Notes under the pieces: generated by a model
Seen by the model: the letters and a program-made list of their open reading frames with translations, nothing else
The model's database searches: none
Told to the model about the DNA's origin: nothing
Shown here: positions 14,199 through 23,300 of the stretch, in pieces
Layout of the letters: each line of letters begins with the position of its first letter
How positions within the stretch are numbered: the first letter of the stretch is position 1
Origin: Camelus dromedarius
Taxonomy: Eukaryota
Length of the DNA: 64,000 nucleotides
Direction of reading: 5' to 3'
NCBI RefSeq assembly: GCF_036321535.1
Contig: NC_087451.1
Location: 47,926,001 to 47,990,000, forward strand
Position numbers and translations under genes: made by a program

Positions 14199-15830
14199 AT
14201 GGTGGGGTCGCCTCAACCCCGAGTTGTCGTCGGGTCTCCACGGCCTCGAGTTATTGTAGGAACTATCCGACCCCGAGTTATTGTAGGGTCTTCGAGGACC
14301 CGGGTGCCTCCAGACGGGACTCCCCGCCCGCATTTGGCGGCCGAGGGGTCTCCCCGACCCCGAGTCGTCTTCGGGACACCCCGGGCCCGAGTGATTGTGG
14401 GTTCACCTCGGCCCCAGGTGACTGTCTCATCCCCGTGGCCCGCGGTGGTCGTAGCATCCCCGAGGCCACGGGCTCCCGCAGGTTCTCCGTGGCCCCGAGT
14501 TATAGTCGGGACCCCTCGGTCGCGGGTGATTGTCGGGTCTCCGCGGGCCCGGATCGCTGGGGCGGATCAGGCCTCAGCGCCTTCTCAGGGCTCCCCGCAA
14601 GGCCGCAGGCAAGATGAACATTCTGGCGCCGGTGCGGAGGGACCGCGTCCTGGCGGAGCTGCCCCAGGTAGGTTGGCGCCAGGGCCACGTCGGGCTTCTG
14701 GCTGCGGTGGGTGTGGGCGGGGAGAAGGAGGCACCAGACGGGTTAGAAGCTTGGGCCCAGCCCTGCCGCCCAGCTAGGCCTGCTGCTTCTGGGTGGTCCC
14801 CTCCCCACCCCCGCCCCGGGCTGCTGGGCATCTGGACTAGGGCCAGGAATGGGTGAGTCCCATTCTCTTCCATCCCTTTCAGTGCCTGAGGAAGGAGGCC
14901 GCTTTGCACGTGCACAAAGACTTCCACCCCCGCGTCACCTGCGCCTGCCGGGAGCACCGGACAGGCACCGTGGGGTGAGTTAGAGACACCCGGAATAAAG
15001 AAAGGAAGTCCCAGAAAAGCTGTAGTCAAAGCAAGGGTACAGAGTCAACAACTTGGGGCTCCATTTCAGCCTCTACCAGCTATGTGGTTATTTCTCCTTT
15101 TCATGCCCCTGTGTTCTTCCCTTTCTTCCAGCAAGGTTGTGGAGAGTGCTCTGAGATGGGGTGGGGTAGAAGGGTGGCAGTTTAATTTCTGACACTGAGA
15201 AGGTGTCCAACACGAGGGTGTGGTCACCAACTCAGCTTCCCACATACCATCTATCTGGACTCCAGGGCAAGTGGTATTGCCTAGAGGGTTGAGTCCCATT
15301 GTAGGTGGAAAAAAAAGAAAGTAGTAGTTATAAAAGTTGGCCACCATTAACTGAGCATTTACTGTGTCCCAAGCTGTATGTTGGGTACTGTTATTGTCCG
15401 TTATTAAATGGAAAACATCTTCACTTTTAAGATGTATCTGATTTCAGAGTTGTTAAAATTGTGTGTGTGGGGGGGGCTATATCTCAGAATATAGGACATT
15501 TATCTCATTTTAACCTTTGCAACAACCCAGTAAAATATATGTTAAATCCCCAGTTAACAAATGTTGTAACTGAGGCTCAGAGAGATTAAGAAATGTGTCC
15601 TAAGTCACACAGCTAGTAAGTGTGAGAGCTGGAATTCAAATTCATGTCTCTCTGATACTGAAGCACAAAACACTCCTCTCCAGCACATCTGTCCAGGCCT
15701 GGTGTCTATGGTAACCTCAGCCTGGGTGCACCTAACTTTGTGGACCTACTATATAGGGAGCATTTGGACTCCTCTGGGTGAAACAGCTAGTGCTCACTCT
15801 TACTGCTCACTCTTGTGTCAGCAGATTTAA
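14199..15830 (+). CDS. NARR: NARR: nine-amino-acid-repeat protein in an alternative frame overlapping RAB34, 188 aa (189 with the proximal NAGNAG acceptor)
   Basis: ATG 14199; segments 14199-14667, 14883-14974, 15825-15830. Repeats of the type RVIVGSPRP, then QGRRQDEHSG..VPEEGGRFARAQRLPPPRHLRLPGAPDRHRGI*. Confidence 0.85.
14217..14546 (+). repeat. Degenerate 27-bp coding minisatellite (NARR repeats)
   Basis: Unit starts at 14217, 14244, 14271, 14298, then after a 33-nt unit 14358, 14385, 14412, 14439, 14466, 14493, 14520. Consensus approximately CCCCGAGTTATTGTAGGGTCTCCNCGG. Confidence 0.9.
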
Positions 15831-17276
15831 GATCTCCAAGGTCATTGTGGTGGGGGACCTGTCAGTGGGGAAGACTTGTCTCATAAATAGGTAAGAGTTT
15901 CCTGGAATGGAGCTGGATTGGGGTGGGCAGGGTGGGGCCAGGCCTAGCCAGGTAGGCTGGGCTAGGGCCAAGAGCATCTGGTGCCTCCTCAGGTTCTGCA
16001 AAGACACTTTTGATAAGAACTACAAAGCCACCATTGGAGTGGACTTTGAGATGGAACGATTTGAGGTTTTGGGCGTCCCCTTCAGTCTGCAGCTGTGAGT
16101 TCTTCCTCTGCCCCTTCCCACTGTTCCTTCCCCCAGCACCTATATTCCACCTCAGCCATCACCACCCCCCTGCCCCATATAAACCTGTGTTTCCCCCTTC
16201 CTTCCTTCCAGCTGGGATACCGCGGGACAGGAGAGGTTCAAATGCATTGCATCGACTTACTACCGAGGAGCTCAAGGTATGGGTCTGGGTGAAATGGGCT
16301 GGTTGGGTGCACCTGGTCTCTCATCTAGGGCTGGGGGAGGATTGTGGAAATGATCCCAACAACCTGGGGTTATTTCTGCCACTCTTCCAGCCATCATCAT
16401 TGTCTTCAACCTGAATGATGTGGCCTCCCTAGAACATACCAAGTACGTGGGGATGCTGAGCTATAATGGGGACTCTGGGGAGGAGAGGGTTCAGAAAAGA
16501 GGGGGGTTGGGGGCATGGTAGGGAACAAGAATGCATCCAGGACCAAAGAGCACCGGGTAATCGGGCATACGAGTATCAGCAGGAGAGCCTGGCCATCTCC
16601 CTCATCCCTCACTGTCTGTGGTCCACCGTCTATGGCAGGCAGTGGTTAGCTGATGCTCTCAAGGAGAATGACCCTTCCAGTGTGCTTCTCTTCCTCGTGG
16701 GTTCCAAGAAGGATCTGAGTGTGAGTGTGCCAGTGGGGGGACTTCCCGCCTTGGTGAGGGGAACCCCACCCTCAGCACCTGACTCTGACTTTCCTTCAGA
16801 CTCCTGCTCAGTATGTGCTGATGGAGAAAGACGCACTCAAGGTGGCCCAAGAGATGAAGGCCGAGTACTGGGCAGTCTCATCTCTCACTGGTGAGTCAGA
16901 GGCCTCCGACCTTCTGTGGCATTCCTGTCTATGTTGCCTCTCACTCCTACACCTCCAACTTTGCCCATTGATCCCAGGCCTGGAACTGCTCTGAGCACCT
17001 ATCTGCTCCCTGTGTCAGGTGAAAACGTCCGGGAATTCTTCTTCCGTGTGGCAGCACTAACCTTTGAGGCCAATGTTCTGGCTGAGCTGGAGAAATCGGG
17101 GTCCCGGCGCATTGGGGATGTTGTCCGTGAGTGCCTGCCTGGATGAGGGTGGCAGAGAGCACAAGGACCCTCCAATCCCTGCCTCACATATTTCCCCCTC
17201 TTCTTCAGGCATCAACAGTGATGACAGCAACCTCTACCTAACTGCCAGCAAGAAGAAGCCCACATGCTGCCCATGA
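14614..17276 (+). CDS. RAB34: Ras-related protein Rab-34, 259 aa
   Basis: Exons: 14614-14667, 14883-14974, 15825-15890, 15993-16094, 16212-16276, 16391-16442, 16639-16720, 16800-16890, 17019-17126, 17209-17276 (780 nt). Motifs GDLSVGKT, WDTAGQERF and C-terminal CCP*. Confidence 0.98.
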
Positions 17277-17608
17277 AGGGTGAGAGGACTGTCCAGAGAC
17301 TGCCCAGCCTTGGGGCATTGTGTCCTCTTGACTCCCCCAGAGCTCAACCCCTGAACATTTGCACTGACTGTTTTTCCAGACCAAAGAGCTGCCCCTTGGT
17401 GGCAGTATCCCCAGAGGGGTAGCTGGGACCATGCTAGTCACTTTTACTGCCCCCAGGCACTGTGCCAAAGACTGGATGCCCCTCTCCTCCAGGGGCTCTC
17501 CAGGGTGCCTAGTGTGGGGGAGGTGGGCTCTACTTCTCTTGCTCAGTCTGCTGGGCCCTTTGAGTATGAGGATGCTTAATGGTCCCAGCCTTACACTGTG
17601 CCTTATGC

Positions 17609-17614
17609 ATTAAA
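17609..17614 (+). terminator. Probable RAB34 polyadenylation signal ATTAAA
   Basis: First strong hexamer, about 330 nt after the stop codon. Confidence 0.6.
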
Positions 17615-18050
17615 ATCTCTGTTATTAGCAGGTTGAGGGCTGGAGTCCTTTATGGGGGGTGAGGGATGTGGAATGGGCACAGCTGTATGGTAATCTTGGG
17701 ACTGGAGTCTTCTGCTGCAATTCTGGCCATTCCTGGCTGCTGGGCAGGCCTCAGGTAGGTTGGAAACTCAGGGATAATGTTTGAGGGGATGCTATGGACC
17801 CTCACTGGGTGCATCTGAATGATCTTTGAGATCTTAGCCCTTTCCTTTGGTCCCTTCCCCCCCCCCCCCAAGTGGGTCCCCCTACTTGGTACTTATAACC
17901 AAATTTCCACCATTAGATAATATTTTTCCTTTTTTCACCTCTTGCCTTCCCTTTAAAAAATACTTCTCTGAGGGGAACACAGTGAGAAGTGATTGAATTT
18001 TCAGTGCTTTTTGGGGTTCACCAGATGGTAGGGGCAGGGCTCTTACTCAG

Positions 18051-18180
18051 AAGATGTGCTGATACATCTAACTATATTAGTGATATAAACATAAAATCAT
18101 AAGTAGTTTCTTTTTATATTTTAAAGCAAATAAGAAATGACATTTTTGTCTCAAAAAAAAAAAAAAAAAAGATGTGCTGA
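18051..18180 (+). mobile_element. Short poly(A)-tailed retro-insertion of unknown origin with a 12-bp TSD
   Basis: AAGATGTGCTGA at 18051-18062 and 18169-18180 flanks about 90 nt of AT-rich sequence plus an A run. Confidence 0.75.
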
Positions 18181-18196
18181 GTCAGGAGGACCTGCA

Positions 18197-18360
18197 TTTG
18201 AATCCTTGCTGTCCATCCTGGAACATTCAGGCATATTACTCACCCTCTGTGCTTCAGTTTCCTCATCTGTAAAATGAGGCTAATACTGATGAGGTTTCTT
18301 GGGTGAAATAAGATAAAGCACTAACACGTACATAGGAAGATCTCAAAAGCCTTAACTATT
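18197..18360 (+). mobile_element. MIR remnant
   Basis: ctctgtgcttcagtttcctcatctgtaaaatgagg MIR core. Confidence 0.75.
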
Positions 18361-19289
18361 ATAACAATTTGGGGGAAGAGTGACCAAGAACCTGCCTCAT
18401 TGTTGACATCTGACCCAGAGCCAGAGTTTGGCTGAAAGTATCTCAGACATCTGAGCCAACATTGGAGGGACACATGTGGTGGGTGTCATCCTGGGAGCCA
18501 TGGAGGATCAAGATGAGAACAGAGATCCTGGTTCTCAGTTGGCAAGTGTTCTGTCCATTGGTTCCACTCTTACCTGCTACTCTGTCCTGGAAGGGCTTGC
18601 TTTTCTGCACACTCCCCCTTCTCCTGGCTTCCCCTCTCCTGCTGTTCCTAGAGCTCTCAAAAGCTACAGTGGGTAAGAGGGTCTGGATGGTAGTCCTATC
18701 CACTCAGGCTATTGGGTCTAGAGGAAGGTGAAAGCTGGGATCACGCAGAGCAGCAGCAGGAGAGGCCCTTGATGACTCTGGAGAACACAAAGTTTAAACA
18801 CCATCCTTTTCCCTCCAAGAGTGTGTGGTGTGAGGGAAGTGTATAGTAGGTTACTATGCATGTGGCTGGCCCTGCTCCCAGCATGGGGCAAGCCAATGGA
18901 GATAAAACGACATGAGGTTGTATGATCGAAATAAAGTACTAACTAATAAAGTACATAGAAAAAGCTCGAAAACCTGAACTATTATAATAACTTTTGGGGG
19001 AAGATTGACCAAGACTCTTTATTTCTTTGTTGACATCTTTATTGGGCAGTATTGTCTCTGGGACAGGGGGCTAGGAGAGCAATCTAAGAGGGGGCACTGG
19101 GAGTAGGCGCCACAGAGAGGCTGGGAGCCCATATAACGTCTTTATCCGATGGGCTCCAGTGGAGGGGCAGGCAGGCGGGGAGAAAGAGAGCGAGCCTGGC
19201 CTCCCGCCTGGGCAGGAGGGACATTGGAAGAACTGGGATGGCGGGTTGGAGTTTGTAGGCAGTTGCTTCCCAGGCGGGCGGGCATGGGA

Positions 19290-20330
19290 CAGAGGGTAGA
19301 TTGGGGGCGGGGCTAAGGGTAGTGGCTGGGTTCCGAAGGATTGGGAGGGGCCAGGAGCAGCCCGAAGTGTGAGGTTGAGAGAATGCCTGGGGCGGGGCTA
19401 AGAACGGGGTTAGGGGCGGGGCTAGGGTCTAGGGGTAGGAGTAAGCTGGGAGCAGATCTGGAAAGGAACCAGGGATGGAGTGAGGGCTGGGCCTGAGCGG
19501 CCGAGCTCAAGTTTAGGCCTGAGATAAAGGGGGAGGTGCCAAGGTTAAAGTAGGACAAAGAGGGAGGGGCCCGGAAGGAGCTGGGAGGCCCCGGATGAAG
19601 AGCGCGGTTGAAGTTCTGACCTGGGCTAAAACAACGCAGCCTAGAGCAGGGGGAGGGGAGGGACTGGGCAAGCATGAGGCGGAGCTAAGGGCTGAACTGG
19701 GGCGAAGCTGAGATTGGGGTTTATGGTGGACTCCGTCAAGCTGAGGTTCAGGGTTGGACTTCTGCGAGGAAGAGTCTTGTAGAGACGAAGAACTGGGCTG
19801 AGAGCGATGTGGGTCAGGACGACACTGAGGATTGAAAGGTGGACCAAGGAAAAGACTGAGGACAATGCCAGCTCGTGGGACGAGAGCAGCACGGGTAAGG
19901 AGGGGGCGTGGTACGGGGGCTGGCTTGAGGACACAAGGAGGGTGTGGAACCTGAGAGATCGACGAAGGAGGCGGGGCCAAGGGCTGACAGGGGCGGAGTT
20001 AGGATCTGGGGGCGGGCTCACGTCGAGCCGTGGACCAATGATTGAGGACTAGGGTCCTGAAGTCCTGGAGAACCGCCTGCGGGTTCCGCTGGGGTTGTCC
20101 GGTGGACCCTGGTTGTAAGGCTGGAAGGCGTCTCTGTGCCACAACCAGGAGCCTGAGCCGCTGCCCAAGACGTGCGGGCCTAGGCTGGAGCCCATGGTCC
20201 GGTGATTAAGTCACCGAGGCTGCAGCGGGCGGTTCCATTGACTTTGAGGGCAGGAAGTAGTCTGGAGTTTCCATACGTGACATCACAATCGCCTCCAGAT
20301 GTGGGCGGGGCCAGGGCGGAATTTCCAAGG
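19290..20330 (+). promoter_or_regulatory. GC-box-rich PROCA1 promoter and first-exon CpG island
   Basis: Repeated GGGGCGGGGCTAAG-like motifs around the first coding exon. Confidence 0.55.
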
Positions 20331-23300
20331 AGATCGGAGCTGCCCTGCCTTGCTCCCTACTCTTCCCTCCCCTTTCTAAGTTACTCCCTTCCTTTGTCCC
20401 TTCCTCCCTCCCTTCCTCCCCTATTCAGCTGCTGGGGTGCCCAACCTGGAACCCCACCCCCTGTGCCGCAAGGGCAGGGGGAGCTCCGCAGCCCTGAAGA
20501 CTGGAAGGATTCCTTACAAATGAGCATCACCTGTGAGTTTTGAGTTAGGTCCCTGTGCCCCGATTAATGCCCTGTTGAGAAAGAGACCACAAGCCTCCTT
20601 CTTCCTTTTAAGCTATCACTCTTATTCATAATAAAGTCCCCCTAGTGTCCAACTTCAATCACTTCTGCTGCAGGAGCTCTAGACTGCTGCTTCAGTTAGA
20701 GCTCTCCTGTCGTGAAACTAGGGCAGATTGCCTCCCTCAGATCTGAGTTACTAAATCTCTCCCCTTGGCAAAGTTATGATTGTCAAAGATTCTTGGGGGT
20801 GTAGGGGGGAAGTTAGTCAGTGGACCCTGCTTATTAGCCTCTTCCATGATGACTCTGCAGAGAGCAAGCAGAGTTTGAATCCTGACCCTGGATCATGCTG
20901 CTCTGGCCTGACCTTAGGGTCCAGGCTGGATAAGAGAGGCTGTGGAGTAAGGACTGAGTAAAGCCAGAGGGTGACGAATTGGCTATGTTAGAGTTGAAAA
21001 GCAGGTGTAGTGGGAAGTAATAATTGGCAGGACAGGTTTTGGATAGGAACTGCAAGTAGACAGGGCTGAAAGAGCACAGACTATGGAGCCAAGAAAACTG
21101 AATTTGAATCCTACCGCCATCTATTAACTTGTGTCCTTGGACAAGTTACTTATCCTGAGTCTCTGTGTCCCCATCCACAGGATGGGCTGGGTTGATGATT
21201 TAGAATCAAAGGCATATTTTAAGAACCCAGCACAGTGCCTGACTTTGGGAAGATGCTCATCCAGGGTCAATTTTCTTTTCCTAGAGAAGTCCCCAGGTTT
21301 GAACCCTCCAATGCCAGGGTTTATTTGTGGCTCCAATACAGACTTTATTCTATTCTATTCATGTATTCATTCAATCAACCAACATTTACTGAGCATTTTC
21401 CATGTCTCAGGATCTGCAGACACAGAGACAGATGAAATATAAGCCTTGTTCTCAAGTTGCTATAAACACATGAAGTACCATGGTGCAGAGTAAAGGGGCA
21501 AAAGATGTGTGACCAATTCTATTTGGATAGCATTGTTCTTTCCAAGATGATCAGGTGTTCCTGGGGAGTGGGAGACAGAAGAGAAGGAATGGAAGGATGA
21601 GAGGAGCGATGGGTGGGAGGAACTTATAATTGAGGAAGGAACCAGGGCCCGGGTCCTGGGGGCCAATTATGTCATGATAAGGAGTTTACACTTTGTCCTG
21701 AAGGCAGTGGAATGCTATTAAAGAGGTGGACCAGTTGGGATTCTAGAAAACTCAGTTTGGTGTATTGTGAGGACTGGATGGGCCTAGTGAGACAGAAGTC
21801 AGGGAGGCCAGGCAGGAGGCCATGCCAGTTGTCTCCGTCAAGGATAATGAAGGAAAGTCCTAACCAAGACAGAGGCAGATGTGGAGGCAGGTAGGCATGG
21901 CAAGACTTCTTGGTGAGAAGTGAGGGAAAGGATGATCCCTAGATTTCTAGCTGAGGTGCCTGTTACTCTCTGAAAATGGAAGACACAAGAGGAGGTGGTT
22001 CATGGAAGATAGGGAGAAGATGGTGGGTTAGTGTGGGACATGCTGGTCTGATGTTTTTGGAATGTCCAAGAGGACACTGGCTTCATCCTCAGGAAAGCAG
22101 TCTGGATTGGAGACCCACCTTTGTGTCATTTTATTAGTGGATGTTGAAACCATGGAAGTGGATAACATTATCCAAGGTAAGCCTGTAGAGACTTTGGAGA
22201 ATGAAGCCAAAGACAGAACCCTGGTAATCACCAATTTAAAGGGTACAACAGAGGAAGAGGGGAGAACAGAGGAGTCAAGAAAGAACTAAAGAGCTAGTCA
22301 GAGAAGGAAGAGAGAGATGAGAGATCTGTCACGGGAGCCAAAGAAACAGTTTGCAGAAGAAAGAGATTGGTCAGCAGGGTCAAGTGAGATGAGACAAAAA
22401 GAAGGCCACTGGGTTTGGCTGTTAGCTCACTGGTGGCCTTTGCCTGGGCTATTCTGATACAGGGTCATGCTGTAGGTGGCTGGAATAGGAAAGAGAGGTA
22501 GAAACTCTGAACTCACTGAAGGTAGGGACTGGGCCTCCTTCACTGGTGCCTAGTGAAGCTATCCAATCTGTCTGTTAAATGAGTGAGTGAGTAAATTTGG
22601 ACTGAAAAGGAAGAGGGTGGGATATGAAGTGGCAGAGGGAGAAACAGAGTTCATAGAGTGTTTTGTTTAAAGATGTTAATAGCCTGTAGGAAAACAAAAA
22701 CCCAAAAACATTAAAGAGGGGGAAGGTGAGAATTCTTTCTGGGACCTAGAGTTCAGGTACTTGGGCAGAAGGAAGGACACTTCCCCAGGCTCGAGGAGAG
22801 TTGATGAGGGTAGAAGCAGCCACAGATAATGCTAGTGAAATGATGTGCTGAGAGGAACAGCAGCAGGGTAGGAGTTTCCAGGGAAGTGCTTGGAGTTTCA
22901 TTCATTCATTCCATTAATTTTGAATACTTACTGTACTGTGGAAAACAGAAGGAGCTGACCAGAGACCTGTAGGAGGCCTAGCTGAAGTCCTCAAGCAGTC
23001 AGCTACCTTCCTTAAGCAGGTCTCAGCTCCAATACCCGAAAGGATGAGGCTAATTGTAGGAAGAGAAGGAAAGTGGTGGATTCTACAGTGTAGTTCTGAT
23101 GGAGCTGCTGTCCTGTTAGGAGTTTTGTTTGGGGACACTCTCTGACCAGGCTCCACACACCCTGGGACAATTCCTGGGACTGTCCCTGCTTGCCTAGACC
23201 CTGGCTAATGCCTATTCATTACTTAACGCCGAGTCAGTTCCTATTACGCTTCTTCTGAGAAATCTTTCCTGACCACCCCCATCCCCCATCTCATCCTTGT

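Noticed and set aside
14217-14546. CRISPR-like regular repeats
   Set aside because: Contiguous 27-bp coding minisatellite with no unique spacers, in a eukaryotic gene.
13817-14617. 266-aa plus-strand ORF and antisense ORFs over the RAB34 CpG island
   Set aside because: Expected stop-codon scarcity in GC-rich, repeat-containing DNA; no recognisable motif.
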